Of a stretch of DNA of 64,000 bases, positions 19,066-38,398 are shown piece by piece. Position 1 is the stretch's first letter. Every line of letters begins with the position of its first letter. This stretch comes from the human T2T-CHM13v2.0 reference genome, Homo sapiens, in NCBI RefSeq assembly GCF_009914755.1, contig NC_060948.1, one strand, 5' to 3'. A program made the position numbers and the translations under genes. The notes beneath the pieces were generated by a model. It searched no databases. It was not told the origin of the DNA and saw only the letters and a program-made list of their open reading frames with translations.

Positions 19066-21168
19066 AGATCCATATTTTTTAAATGAAAAAAAATTTCAAA
19101 GGTACTCTGCTTGGTACAATAATCAAATGTATAAACTGAGGAATAAAACATAACCATGAAACCTACTTATAACTGCATATGGAAAATACAGAGGATAATT
19201 TTTTAAATAACATATTTTGAAAGCCTTAACTAGTAATTTGAAGAGGTGGCATTTGAAAGGCCAGTATGAATATACCTTCAAAGCAGCAACACAGGTTCCC
19301 CATGAGAAAAAGCAAACTCAGGGAAAATAAAACCACAAAGGTTCAATCTCTTCTGACCTTTGAAAGACACAGCACAGACAGTGGTCCTTAGGACGAAGAG
19401 CAGGAGACCCCTAATTCCGTCACCATGGCGATAGGGCATAAACATTGCTGGGTGAGGGCACAATCCACATTGTGAGGTCCAACTGCTGCCAGGAAGACAG
19501 GAGTGCTTTTACATAGACCGAAAGGTCATTGAAGGCTCAGAGTTTTGTTTCAAGAACTGAATCCCAAGCCCACACGTTATTAGGCTGCGCTTCTTAAAAC
19601 AAGTTATGAGATGGGAAAAAGGGCACCCACAAACATACGTATACATTATGTATATAATAATATACAGTATCATATATATAATATATATAACCTATGTATA
19701 ATATTGTTTTACATCCTGCATCTTATATTATGTATATTGTATAAAATATAATAATTGATAATATATAAGTTTTATATTTATACAATATGACATATAGTAT
19801 ATATTATAATTTATGACATATATTATATATGTTATATATCATATATAGAATATATTATACGGTTAATATACGTATTAAATATAAATTATACATTATATAT
19901 ATTATAGATAATATATCTGCTATATATAATACCCATTATGCATAATATATATATTATGTCTATGTTATATATAGTATAAAACAACATATAATAATATATA
20001 ATTGTATATATAAAATGCGACATATAATATATATTATATTTTATGACATATGTAATATATATTATATATTATATATAATACGTTGTATGTATAATACCTA
20101 TATTAAATATATATTATATGACTATGTTATTAATTACATGTCACATATGTTATATATTATATATTTTACATAGAATGTACCGGTTACATACAATATATAC
20201 TATGTTACCTATAATGTATAATTTATTACATGTAAAATAAAGAATGCAATATATTATGTATAATTTATAATATACAATATGTGGAATGTGATATATATAA
20301 CATATAATATATGATATATGATATACAGTATGTGATATATAACCTACAATATATGATACCTAACATATATGGTATACAATATATATTTTATGATATGTAT
20401 TCTCTATGTTTTATATTCTCTTATATATAACTATTTGATATTATATATAACTGTGTAATATTTTATGTAAATATGTAATATAATATATATAACTATATAA
20501 TATATTATATATAACTATATATTATGTTATATATACTTTTATAACATAATTTACATAAAATATCATAATATAATATATATTATATTATTTCATATTACAT
20601 AATATATATTACATATCACCCAATATAAGTAACATACATAATATTATAATATAGATTATATTATGTTATATTAAATCTCATATATATCATGTATCATATA
20701 TTCTATAATATATATTATACATTATATAATATGTATGTTGTCTATTATGTGATATATATAACTATATATATAATTATATTATTATACATATAACTAGATA
20801 AACATGTAATTCTACATGTTTTCATTTATAATATATAGAATTATATAATCATATATAATTATTTATATTCTATAAAAAATTATATCATTATATAAATTAT
20901 AATATATAAAAATTATAATATGTACTACAAATATATATTATATATCATATATGATATAGTACCTTTGTTATATATCATAATACACATAAATGTGTATTAT
21001 GTTATCTATAATTATATAATTTCATATATAAGATGTATAATATGTGTTATATATTATATATGTTATGTAATATATATAGTATATATAAGATGACACAGGA
21101 TAAATATTATATACTATGACATACAAAATATATGAGGTTATATGTTACATATAAGGCATAGCACATAA

Positions 21169-21483
<315 letters not shown>

Positions 21484-23611
21484 AGATCCATATTTTTTAA
21501 ATGAAAAAAAATTTCAAAGGTACTCTGCTTGGTACAATAATCAAATGTATAAACTGAGGAATAAAACATAACCATGAAACCTACTTATAACTGCATATGG
21601 AAAATACAGAGGATAATTTTTTAAATAACATATTTTGAAAGCCTTAACTAGTAATTTGAAGAGGTGGCATTTGAAAGGCCAGTATGAATATACCTTCAAA
21701 GCAGCAACACAGGTTCCCCATGAGAAAAAGCAAACTCAGGGAAAATAAAACCACAAAGGTTCAATCTCTTCTGACCTTTGAAAGACACAGCACAGACAGT
21801 GGTCCTTAGGACGAAGAGCAGGAGACCCCTAATTCCGTCACCATGGCGATAGGGCATAAACATTGCTGGGTGAGGGCACAATCCACATTGTGAGGTCCAA
21901 CTGCTGCCAGGAAGACAGGAGTGCTTTTACATAGACCGAAAGGTCATTGAAGGCTCAGAGTTTTGTTTCAAGAACTGAATCCCAAGCCCACACGTTATTA
22001 GGCTGCGCTTCTTAAAACAAGTTATGAGATGGGAAAAAGGGCACCCACAAACATACGTATACATTATGTATATAATAATATACAGTATCATATATATAAT
22101 ATATATAACCTATGTATAATATTGTTTTACATCCTGCATCTTATATTATGTATATTGTATAAAATATAATAATTGATAATATATAAGTTTTATATTTATA
22201 CAATATGACATATAGTATATATTATAATTTATGACATATATTATATATGTTATATATCATATATAGAATATATTATACGGTTAATATACGTATTAAATAT
22301 AAATTATACATTATATATATTATATATAATATATCTGCTATATATAATACCCATTATGCATAATATATATATTATGTCTATGTTATATATAGTATAAAAC
22401 AACATATAATAATATATAATTGTATATATAAAATGCGACATATAATATATATTATATTTTATGACATATGTAATATATATTATATATTATATATAATACG
22501 TTGTATGTATAATACCTATATTAAATTTATATTATATGACTATGTTATTAATTACATGTCACATATGTTATATATTATATATTTTACATAGAATGTACCG
22601 GTTACATACAATATATACTATGTTACCTATAATGTATAATTTATTACATGTAAAATAAAGAATGCAATATATTATGTATAATTTATAATATACAATATGT
22701 GGAATGTGATATATATAACATATAATATATGATATATGATATACAGTATATGATATATAACCTATAATATATGATACCTAACATATATGGTATACAATAT
22801 ATATTTTATGATATGTATTCTCTATGTTTTATATTCTCTTATATATAACTATTTGAAATTATATATAACTGTGTAATATTTTATGTAAATATGTAATATA
22901 ATATATATAACTATATAATATATTATATATAACTATATATTATGTTATATATACTTTTATAGCATAATTTACATAAAATATCATAATATAATATATATTA
23001 TATTATTTCATATTACATAATATATATTACATATCACCCAATATAAGTAACATACATAATATTATAATATAGATTATATTATGTTATATTAAATATCATA
23101 TATATCATGTATCATATATTCTATAATATATATTATACATTATATAATATGTATGTTGTCTATTATGTGATATATATAACTATATATATAATTATATTAT
23201 TATACATATAACTAGATAAACATGTAATTCTACATGTTTTCATTTATAATATATAGAATTATATAATCATATATAATTATTTATATTCTATAAAAAATTA
23301 TATCATTATATAAATTATAATATATAAAAATTATAATATGTACTACAAATATATATATTATATATCATATATGATATAGTACCTTTGTTATATATCATAA
23401 TACACATAAATGTGTATTATGTTATCTATAATTATATAATTTCATATATAAGATGTATAATATGTGTTATATATTATATATGTTATGTAATATATATAGT
23501 ATATATAAGATGACACAGGATAAATATTATATACTATGACATATAAAATATATGAGGTTATATGTTACATATAAGGCATAGCACATAACATGTAATATAT
23601 ATCATCTATAA

Positions 23612-23903
23612 TTTTTTTTTAGACAGAGTCTTGTCCTGTTGCACAGGGTGGAGTACAATGGCGCCATCTTTGCTCACTGCAACATCTGCCTCACGGGTCC
23701 AAGCGATTGTCCTCCATCACCCTCCCAGGTAGCTGGGACTACACCACACTGGGACTACACCAGCTGCCACCATGCCTAGCTAATTTTTTGGATTTTTAGT
23801 AGTGACAGCGTTTCACTGTATTGGCCAGGATGGTCTTGATCTCTTCACCTTGTGATCCCCTTGCCTTGGCCTCCAAATTCGCTGGGATTACAGGCCTGAG
23901 CCA
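23612..23903 (-). mobile_element. DYZ2 Alu copy 7
   Basis: Same antisense Alu motifs. Confidence 0.93.
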
Positions 23904-26024
23904 AGATCCATATTTTTTAAATGAAAAAAAATTTCAAAGGTACTCTGCTTGGTACAATAATCAAATGTATAAACTGAGGAATAAAACATAACCATGAAAC
24001 CTACTTATAACTGCATATGGAAAATACAGAGGATAATTTTTTAAATAACATATTTTGAAAGCCTTAACTAGTAATTTGAAGAGTTGGCATTTGACAGGCC
24101 AGTATGAATATACCTTCAAAGCAGCAACACAGGTTCCCCATGAGAAAAAGCAAACTCAGGGAAAATAAAACCACAAAGGTTCAATCTCTTCTGACCTTTG
24201 AAAGACACAGCACAGACAGTGGTCCTTAGGACGAAGAGCAGGAGACCCCTAATTCCGTCACCATGGCGATAGGGCATAAACACTGCTGGGTGAGGGCACA
24301 ATCCACATTGTGAGGTCCAACTGCTGCCAGGAAGACAGGAGTGCTTTTACATAGACCGAAAGGTCATTGAAGGCTCAGAGTTTTGTTTCAAGAACTGAAT
24401 CCCAAGCCCACACGTTATTAGGCTGCGCTTCTTAAAACAAGTTATGAGATGGGAAAAAGGGCACCCACAAACATACGTATACATTATGTATATAATAATA
24501 TACAGTATCATATATATAATATATATAACCTATGTATAATATTGTTTTACATCCTGCATCTTATATTATATATATTGTGTAAAATATAATAATTGATAAT
24601 ATATAAGTTTTATATTTATACCATATGACATATAGTATATATTATAATTTCTGACATATATAATATATGTTATATATAATATATAGAAAATATTATACGG
24701 TTAATATACGTATTAAATATAAATTATACATTATATATATTATATAAAATATATCTGCTATATATAATACCCATTATGCATAATATATATATTATGTCTA
24801 TGTTATGTATAGTATAAAACAACATATAATAATATATAATTGTATATATAAAATGCGACATATAATATATATTATATTTTATGACATCTGTAATATATAT
24901 TATATATTATATATAATACGTTGTATGTATAATACCTATATTAAATATATATTATATGACTATGTTATTAATTACATGTCACATATGTTATATATTATAT
25001 ATTTTACAAAGAATATACCGGTTACATACAATATATACTATGTTACCTATAAGGTATAATTTATTACATGTAAAATAAAGAATGCAATATATTATGTGTA
25101 ATTTATAATATACAATATGTGGAATGTGATATATATAACATATAATATATGATATATGATATACAGTATATGATATATAACATACAATATATGATACCTA
25201 ATATATATGGTATACAATATATATTTTATGATATGTATTCTATATGTTTTATATTCTGTTATATATAACTATTTGAAATTATATATAACTGTATAATATT
25301 TTATGTAAATATGTAATATAATATATATAACTATATAATATATTATATATAACTATATATTATGTTATATATACTTTTATAACTTAATTTACATAAAATA
25401 TCATAGTATAATATATATTATATTACTTCATATTACATAATATATATTACATATCACCCAATATAAGTAACATACATAATATTATAATATACATTATATT
25501 ATGTTATATTAAATATCATATATATCATGTATCATATATTCTATAATATATATTATACATTATATAATATGCATGTTGTCTATTATGTGATATATATAAC
25601 TATATATATAATTATATTATTATACATATATCTAGATAAACATGTAATTCTACATATTTTCATTTATAATATATAGAATTACATAATCATATATAATTAT
25701 ATTCTATAAAAATTATATCATTATATAAATTATAATATATAAAAATTATAATATGTACTACAAATATATATTATATATCATATATGATATAGTACCTTTG
25801 TTATATATCATAATACACATAAATGTGTATTATGTTATCTATAATTATATAATTTCATATATAAGATGTATAATATGTGTTATATATTATATATGTTATG
25901 TAATATATATAGTATATATAAGATGACACAGGATAAATATTATATACTATGACATATAAAATATATGAGGTTATATGTTACATATAAGGCATAGCACATA
26001 ACATGTAATATATATCATCTATAA

Positions 26025-26316
26025 TTTTTTTTTAGACAGAGTCTTGTCCTGTTGCACAGGGTGGAGTACAATGGCGCCATCTTTGCTCACTGCAACATCT
26101 GCCTCACGGGTCCAAGCGATTGTCCTCCATCACCCTCCCAGGTAGCTGGGACTACACCACACTGGGACTACACCAGCTGCCACCATGCCTAGCTAATTTT
26201 TTGGATTTTTAGTAGTGACAGCGTTTCACTGTATTGGCCAGGATGGTCTTGATCTCTTCACCTTGTGATCCCCTTGCCTTGGCCTCCAAATTCGCTGGGA
26301 TTACAGGCCTGAGCCA
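26025..26316 (-). mobile_element. DYZ2 Alu copy 8
   Basis: Same antisense Alu motifs. Confidence 0.93.
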
Positions 26317-28417
26317 AGATCCATATTTTTTAAATGAAAAAAAATTTCAAAGGTACTCTGCTTGGTACAATAATCAAATGTATAAACTGAGGAATAAAAC
26401 ATAACCATGAAACCTACTTATAACTGCATATGGAAAATACAGAGGATTATTTTTTAAATAACATATTTTGAAAGCCTTAACTAGTAATTTGAAGAGTTGG
26501 CATTTGACAGGCCAGTATGAATATACCTTCAAAGCAGCAACACAGGTTCCCCATGAGAAAAAGCAAACTCAGGGAAAATAAAACCACAAAGGTTCAATCT
26601 CTTCTGACCTTTGAAAGACACAGCACAGACAGTGGTCCTTAGGACGAAGAGCAGGAGACCCCTAATTCCGTCACCATGGCGATAGGGCATAAACACTGCT
26701 GGGTGAGGGCACAATCCACATTGTGAGGTCCAACTGCTGCCAGGAAGACAGGAGTGCTTTTACATAGACCGAAAGGTCATTGAAGGCTCAGAGTTTTGTT
26801 TCAAGAACTGAATCCCAAGCCCACACGTTATTAGGCTGCGCTTCTTAAAACAAGTTATGAGATGGGAAAAAGGGCACCCACAAACATACGTATACATTAT
26901 GTATATAATAATATACAGTATCATATATATAATATATATAACCTATGTATAATATTGTTTTACATCCTGCATCTTATATTATATATATTGTGTAAAATAT
27001 AATAATTGATAATATATAAGTTTTATATTTATACCATATGACATATAGTATATATTATAATTTCTGACATATATAATATATGTTATATATAATATATAGA
27101 AAATATTATACGGTTAATATACGTATTAAATATAAATTATACATTATATATATTATATAAAATATATCTGCTATATATAATACCCATTATGCATAATATA
27201 TATATTATGTCTATGTTATGTATAGTATAAAACAACATATAATAATATATAATTGTATATATAAAATGCGACATATAATATATATTATATTTTATGACAT
27301 CTGTAATATATATTATATATTATATATAATACGTTGTATGTATAATACCTATATTAAATATATATTATATGACTATGTTATTAATTACATGTCACATATG
27401 TTATATATTATATATTTTACAAAGAATATACCGGTTACATACAATATATACTATGTTACCTATAATGTATAATTTATTACATGTAAAATAAAGAATGCAA
27501 TACATTATGTGTAATTTATAATATACAATATGTGGAATGTGATATATATAACATATAATATATGATATATGATATACAGTATATGATATATAACATACAA
27601 TATATGATAACTAATATATATGGTATACAATATATATTTTATGATATGTATTCTATATGTTTTATATTCTGTTATATATAACTATTTGAAATTATATATA
27701 ACTGTATAATATTTTATGTAAATATGTAATATAATATATATAACTATATAATATATTATATATAACTATATATTATGTTATATATACTTTTATAACTTAA
27801 TTTACATAAAATATCATAGTATAATATATATTATATTACTTCATATTACATAATATATATTACATATCACCCAATATAAGTAACATACATAATATTATAA
27901 TATACATTATATTATGTTATATTAAATATCATATATATCATGTATCATATATTCTATAATATATATTATACATTATATAATATGCATGTTGTCTATTATG
28001 TGATATATATAACTATATATATAATTATATTATTATACATATATCTAGATAAACATGTAATTCTACATATTTTCATTTATAATATATAGAATTACATAAT
28101 CATATATAATTATATTCTATAAAAAATTATATCGTTATATAAATTATAATATATAAAAATTATAATATGTACTACAAATATATATATTATATATCATATA
28201 TGATATAGTACCTTTGTTATATATCATAATACATATAAATGTGTATTATGTTATCTATAATTATATAATTTCATATATAAGATGTATAATATTTATTATA
28301 TATTATAAATGTTATGTAATATATATAGTATATATAAGATGACACAGGATAAATATTATATACTATGGCATATAAAATATATGAGGTTATATGTTACATA
28401 TAAGGCATAGCACATAA

Positions 28418-28732
<315 letters not shown>

Positions 28733-30837
28733 AGATCCATATTTTTTAAATGAAAAAAAATTTCAAAGGTACTCTGCTTGGTACAATAATCAAATGTATA
28801 AACTGAGGAATAAAACATAACCATGAAACCTACTTATAACTGCATATGGAAAATACAGAGGATAATTTTTTAAATAACATATTTTGAAAGCCTTAACTAG
28901 TAATTTGAAGACTTGGCATTTGAAAGGCCAGTATGAATATACCTTCAAAGCAGCAACACAGGTTCCCCATGAGAAAAAGCAAACTCAGGGAAAATAAAAC
29001 CACAAAGGTTCAATCTCTTCTGACCTTTGAAAGACACAGCACAGACAGTGGTCCTTAGGACGAAGAGCAGGAGACCCCTAATTCCGTCACCATGGCGATA
29101 GGGCATAAACACTGCTGGGTGAGGGCACAATCCACATTGTGAGGTCCAACTGCTGCCAGGAAGACAGGAGTGCTTTTACATAGACCGAAAGGTCATTGAA
29201 GGCTCAGAGTTTTGTTTCAAGAACTGAATCCCAAGCCCACACGTTATTAGGCTGCGCTTCTTAAAACAAGTTATGAGATGGGAAAAAGGGCACCCACAAA
29301 CATACGTATACATTATGTATATAATAATATACAGTATCATATATATAATATATATAACCTATGTATAATATTGTTTTACATCCTGCATCTTATATTATAT
29401 ATATTGTGTAAAATATAATAATTGATAATATATAAGTTTTATATTTATACAATATGACATATAGTATATATTATAATTTATGACATATATAATATATGTT
29501 ATATATCATATATAGAATATATTATACGGTTAATATACGTATTAAATATAAATTATACATTATATATATTATATATAATATATCTGCTATATATAATACC
29601 CATTATGCATAATATATATATTATGTCTATGTTATGTATAGTATAAAACAACATATAATAATATATAATTGTATATATAAAATGCGACATATAATATATA
29701 TTATATTTTATGACATCTGTAATATATATTATATATTTTATATAATACGTTGTATGTATAATACCTATATTAAATATATATTATATGACTATGTTATTAA
29801 TTACATGTCACATATGTTATATATTATATATTTTACATAGAATATACCGGTTACATACAATATATACTATGTTACCTATAATGTATAATTTATTACATGT
29901 AAAATAAAGAATGCAATATATTATGTGTAATTTATAATATACAATATGTGGAATGTGATATATATAACATATAATATATGATATATGATATACAGTATAT
30001 GATATATAACATACAATATATGATACCTAATATATATGGTATAGAATATATATTTTATGATATGTATTCTATATGTTTTATATTCTGTTATATATAACTA
30101 TTTCAAATTATATATAACTGTATAATATTTTATGTAAATATGTAATATAATATATATAACTATATAATATATTATATATAACTATATATTATGTTATATA
30201 TACTTTTATAACTTTATTTACATAAAATATCATAGTATAATATATATTATATTACTTCATATTACATAATATATATTACATATCACCCAATATAAGTAAC
30301 ATACATAATATTATAATATAGATTATATTATGTTATATTAAATATCATATATATCATGTGTCATATATTCTATAATATATATTATACATTATATAATATG
30401 TATGTTGTCTATTATGTGATATATATAACTATATATATAATTATATTATTATACATATAACTAGATAAATATGTAATTCTACATATTTTCATTTATACTA
30501 TATAGAATTATATAATCATATATAATTATTTATATTCTATAAAAAATTATATCATTATATAAATTATAATATATAAAAATTATAACATGTACTACAAATA
30601 TATATATTATATATCATATATGATATAGTACCTTTGTTATATATCATAATACATATAAATGTGTATTATGTTATCTATAATTATATAATTTCATATATAA
30701 GATGTATAATATGTGTTATATATTATATATGTTATGTAATATATATAGTATATATAAGATGACACAGGATAAATATTATATACTATGACATACAAAATAT
30801 ATGAGGTTATATGTTACATATAAGGCATAGCACATAA

Positions 30838-31152
<315 letters not shown>

Positions 31153-33280
31153 AAATCCATATTTTTTAAATGAAAAAAAATTTCAAAGGTACTCTGCTTG
31201 GTACAATAATCAAATGTATAAACTGAGGAATAAAACATAACCATGAAACCTACTTATAACTGCATATGGAAAATACAGAGGATAATTTTTTAAATAACAT
31301 ATTTTGAAAGCCTTAACTAGTAATTTGAAGACTTGGCATTTGAAAGGCCAGTATGAATATACCTTCAAAGCAGCAACACAGGTTCCCCATGAGAAAAAGC
31401 AAACTCAGGGAAAATAAAACCACAAAGGTTCAATCTCTTCTGACCTTTGAAAGACACAGCACAGACAGTGGTCCTTAGGACGAAGAGCAGGAGACCCCTA
31501 ATTCCGTCACCATGGCGATAGGGCATAAACATTGCTGGGTGAGGGCACAATCCACATTGTGAGGTCCAACTGCTGCCAGGAAGACAGGAGTGCTTTTACA
31601 TAGACCGAAAGGTCATTGAAGGCTCAGAATTTTGTTTCAAGAACTGAATCCCAAGCCCACACGTTATTAGGCTGCGCTTCTTAAAACAAGTTATGAGATG
31701 GGAAAAAGGGCACCCACAAACATACGTATACATTATGTATATAATAATATACAGTATCATATATATAATATATATAACCTATGTATAGTATTGTTTTACA
31801 TCCTGCATCTTATATTATGTATATTGTATAAAATATAATAATTGATAATATATAAGTTTTATATTTATACAATATGACATATAGTATATATTATAATTTA
31901 TGACATATATTATATATGTTATATATCATATATAGAATATATTATACGGTTAATATACGCATTAAATATAAATTATACATTATATATATTATATATAATA
32001 TATCTGCTATATATAATACCCATTATGCATAATATATATATTATGTCTATGTTATATATAGTATAAAACAACATATAATAATATATAATTGTATATATAA
32101 AATGCGACATATAATATATATTATATTTTATGACATATGTAATATATATTATATATTATATATAATACGTTGTATGTATAATACCTATATTAAATATATA
32201 TTATATGACTATGTTATTAATTACATGTCACATATGTTATATATTATATATTTTACATAGAATGTACCGGTTACATACAATATATACTATGTTACCTATA
32301 ATGTATAATTTATTACATGTAAAATAAAGAATGCAATATATTATGTATAATTTATAATATACAATATGTGGAATGTGATATATATAACATATAATATATG
32401 ATATATGATATACAGTATGTGATATATAACCTACAATATATGATACCTAACATATATGGTATACAATATATATTTTATGATATGTATTCTCTATGTTTTA
32501 TATTCTGTTATATATAACTATTTGATATTATATATAACTGTGTAATATTTTATGTAAATATGTAATATAATATATATAACTATATAATATATTATATATA
32601 ACTATATATTATGTTATATATACTTTTATAACATAATTTACATAAAATATCATAATATAATATATATTATATTATTTCATATTACATAATATATATTACA
32701 TATCACCCAATATAAGTAACATACATAATATTATAATATAGATTATATTATGTTATATTAAATCTCATATATATCATGTATCATATATTCTATAATATAT
32801 ATTATACATTATATAATATGTATGTTGTCTATTATGTGATATATATAACTATATATATAATTATATTATTATACATATAACTAGATAAACATGTAATTCT
32901 ACATGTTTTCATTTATAATATATAGAATTATATAATCATATATAATTATTTATATTCTATAAAAAATTATATCATTATATAAATTATAATATATAAAAAT
33001 TATAATATGTACTACAAATATATATATTATATTTCATATATGATATAGTACCTTTGTTATATATCATAATACATATAAATGTGTATTATGTTATCTATAA
33101 TTATATAATTTCATATATAAGATGTATAATATGTGTTATATATTATATATGTTATGTAATATATATAGTATATATAAGATGACACAGGATAAATATTATA
33201 TACTATGACATATAAAATATATGAGGTTATATGTTACATATAAGGCATAGCACATAACATGTAATATATATCATCTATAA

Positions 33281-33572
<292 letters not shown>

Positions 33573-35677
33573 AGATCCATATTTTTTAAATGAAAAAAAA
33601 TTTCAAAGGTACTCTGCTTGGTACAATAATCAAATGTATAAACTGAGGAATAAAACATAACCATGAAACCTACTTATAACTGCATATGGAAAATACAGAG
33701 GATAATTTTTTAAATAACATATTTTGAAGGCCTTAACTAGTAATTTGAAGAGTTGGCATTTGAAAGGCCAGTATGAATATACCTTCAAAGCAGCAACACA
33801 GGTTCCCCATGAGAAAAAGCAAACTCAGGGAAAATAAAACCACAAAGGTTCAATCTCTTCTGACCTTTGAAAGACACAGCACAGACAGTGGTCCTTAGGA
33901 CGAAGAGCAGGAGACCCCTAATTCCGTCACCATGGCGATAGGGCATAAACATTGCTGGGTGAGGGCACAATCCACATTGTGAGGTCCAACTGCTGCCAGG
34001 AAGACAGGAGTGCTTTTACATAGACCGAAAGGTCATTGAAGGCTCAGAGTTTTGTTTCAAGAACTGAATCCCAAGCCCACACGTTATTAGGCTGCGCTTC
34101 TTAAAACAAGTTATGAGATGGGAAAAAGGGCACCCACAAACATACGTATACATTATGTATATAATAATATACAGTATCATATATATAATATATATAACCT
34201 ATGTATAATATTGTTTTACATCCTGCATCTTATATTATATATATTGTATAAAATATAATAATTGATAATATATAAGTTTTATATTTATACAATATGACAT
34301 ATAGTATATATTATAATTTATGACATATATTATGTATGTTATATATCATATGTAGAATATATTATACGGTTAATATACGTATTAAATATAAATTATACAT
34401 TATATATATTATATATAATATATCTGTTATATATAATGCGTATTATGCATAATATATATATTATGTCTATGTTATATATAGTATAAAACAACATATAATA
34501 ATACATAATTGTATATATAAAATGCGACATATAATATATATTATATTTTATGACATATGTAATATATATTATATATTATATATAATACGTTGTATGTATA
34601 ATACCTATATTAAATATATATTATATGACTATGTTATTAATTACATGTCACATATGTTATATATTATATATTTTACATAGAATATACCGGTTACATACAA
34701 TATATACTATGTTACCTATAATGTATAGTTTATTACATGTAAAATAAAGAATGCAATATATTATGTATAATTTATAATATACAATATGTGGAATGTGATA
34801 TATATAACATATAATATATGATATATGATATACAGTATATGATATATAACTTGCAAAATATGATACCTAACATATATGGAATACAATATATATTTTATCA
34901 TATGTATTCTATATGTTTTATATTCTGTTATATATAACTATTTGAAATTATATATAACTGTATAATATTTTATGTAAATATGTAATATAATATATACAAC
35001 TATATAATATATTATATATAACTATATATTATGTTGTATATACTTTTATAACATAATTTACATAAAATATCATAATAAAATACATATTATATTATTACAC
35101 ATTACGTAATATATATTACACATCACCCAATATAAGTAACATACATAATATTATAATATAGATTATATTATGTTATATTAAATCTCATATGTATCATGTA
35201 TCATATATTCTATAATATATATTATACATTATATAATATATATGTTGTCTATTATGTGATATATATAACTATATATATAATTATATTATTATACATATAA
35301 CTAGATAAACATGTAATTCTACATATTTTCATTTATAATATATGGAATTATATAATCATATACAATTATTTATATTCTATAAAAAATTATATCATTATAT
35401 AAATTATAATATATAAAAATTATAATATGTACTACAAATATATATATTATATATCATATATGATATAGTACCTTTGTTATATATCATAATACATATAAAT
35501 GTGTATTATGTTATCTATAATTTTATAATTTCATATATAAGATGTATAATATGTATTATATATTATATATGTTATGTAATACATATAGTATATATAAGCT
35601 GACACAGGATAAATATTATATACTATGACATATAAAATATATGAGGTTATATGTTACATATAAGTCATAGCACATAA

Positions 35678-35992
<315 letters not shown>

Positions 35993-38106
35993 AGATCCAT
36001 ATTTTTTAAATGAAAAAAAATTTCAAAGGTACTCTGCTTGGTACAATAATCAAATGTATAAACTGAGGAATAAAACATAACCATGAAACCTACTTATAAC
36101 TGCATATGGAAAATACAGAGGATAATTTTTTAAATAACATATTTTGAAAGCCTTAACTAGTAATTTGAAGACTTGGCATTTGAAAGGCCAGTATGAATAT
36201 ACCTTCAAAGCAGCAACACAGGTTCCCCATGAGAAAAAGCAAACTCAGGGAAAATAAAACCACAAAGGTTCAATCTCTTCTGACCTTTGAAAGACACAGC
36301 ACAGACAGTGGTCCTTAGGACGAAGAGCAGGAGACCCCTAATTCCGTCACCATGGCGATAGGGCATAAACATTGCTGGGTGAGGGCACAATCCACATTGT
36401 GAGGTCCAACTGCTGCCAGGAAGACAGGAGTGCTTTTACATAGACCGAAATGTCATTGAAGGCTCAGAGTTTTGTTTCAAGAACTGAATCCCAAGCCCAC
36501 ACGTTATTAGGCTGCGCTTCTTAAAACAAGTTATGAGATGGGAAAAAGGGCACCCACAAACATACGTATACACTATGTATATAATAATATACAGTATCAT
36601 ATATATAATATATATAACCTATGTATAATATTGTTTTACATCCTGCATCTTATATATATTGTATTAAATATAATAATTGATAATATATGTTTTATATTTA
36701 CACAATATGACATATAGTATACATTATAATCTATGACATATATAATATATGTTATATATCATATATAGAATATATTGTAAGGTTAATATACGTATTAAAT
36801 ATAAATTATACATTATATATATTATATATAATATATCTGTTATATATAATACCCATTATGCATAATATATATATTATGTCTATGTTATATATAGTATAAA
36901 ACAACATATAATAATATATAATTGTATATATAAAATGCGACATATAATATATATTATATTTTATTACATAAGTAATATATATTATATATTATATATAATA
37001 CGTTGTATGTATAATACCTATCTTAAATATATATTGTATGACTATGTTATTAATTACATGTCACATGGGTTGTATATTATATATTTTACATAGAATATAC
37101 CGGTTACATACAATATATACTATGTTACCTATAATGTATAATTTATTACATGTAAAATAAAGAATGCAATATATTATGTATAATTTATAATATACAATAT
37201 GTGGAATCTGATATATATAACTTATATGATATATGATATACAGTATATGATATATAACATACAATATATGATACCTAATATATATGGTATACAATATATA
37301 TTTTATGATATGTATTCTATATGTTTTATATTCTGTTATATATAACTATTTGAAATTATATATAACTGTATAATATTTTATGTAAATATGTAATATAATA
37401 TATATAACTATATAATATATTATATATAACTATATATTATGTTATATATACTTTTATAACATAATTTACATAAAATGTCATAATATAATATATATTATAT
37501 TATTTCATATTACATAATATATATTGCATATCACCCAATATAAGTAACATACATAATATTATAATATAAGTTATATTATGTTATATTAAATATCATATAT
37601 ATCATGTATCATATATTCTATAATATATATTATACATTATATAATATGTATGTTGTCTATTATGTGATATATATAACTATATATAATTATATTATTATAC
37701 ATATAATTAGATAAACATGTAATTCTACATATTTTCATTTATAATATATAGAATTATATAATCATATATAATTATTTATATTCTATAAAAAATTATATCA
37801 TTATATAAATTATAATATAAAAAAATTATAATACTTACTACAAATATATATATTATATATCATATATGATATAGTACCTTTGTTATATATCATAGTACAT
37901 ATAAATGTGTATTAGGTTATCTATAATTATATAATTTCATATATAAGTTGTATAATATGTATTATATATTATATATGTTATATAATATATATAGTATATA
38001 TAAGATGACACAGGATAAATATTATATACTATGACATATAAAATATATGAGGTTATATGTTACACATAAGGCATAGCACATAACATGTAATATATATCAT
38101 ATATAA

Positions 38107-38398
38107 TTTTTTTTTAGACAGAGTCTTGTCGTGCTGCACAGGGTGAAGTACAATGGCGCCATCTTTGCTCACTGCAACATCTGCCTCTCGGGTCCAAGCG
38201 ATTGTCCTCCCTCAACCTCTCAGGTAGCTGGGACTACACCACACTGGGACTACACCAGCTGCCACCATGCCTAGCTAATTTTTTGGATTTTTAGTAGTGA
38301 CAGCGTTTCACTGTATTGGCCAGGATGGTCTTGATCTCTTCACCTTGTGATCCCCTTGCCTTGGCCTCCAAATTTGCTGGGATTACAGGCCTGAGCCA
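38107..38398 (-). mobile_element. DYZ2 Alu copy 13 (several private substitutions)
   Basis: Same antisense Alu motifs. Confidence 0.93.
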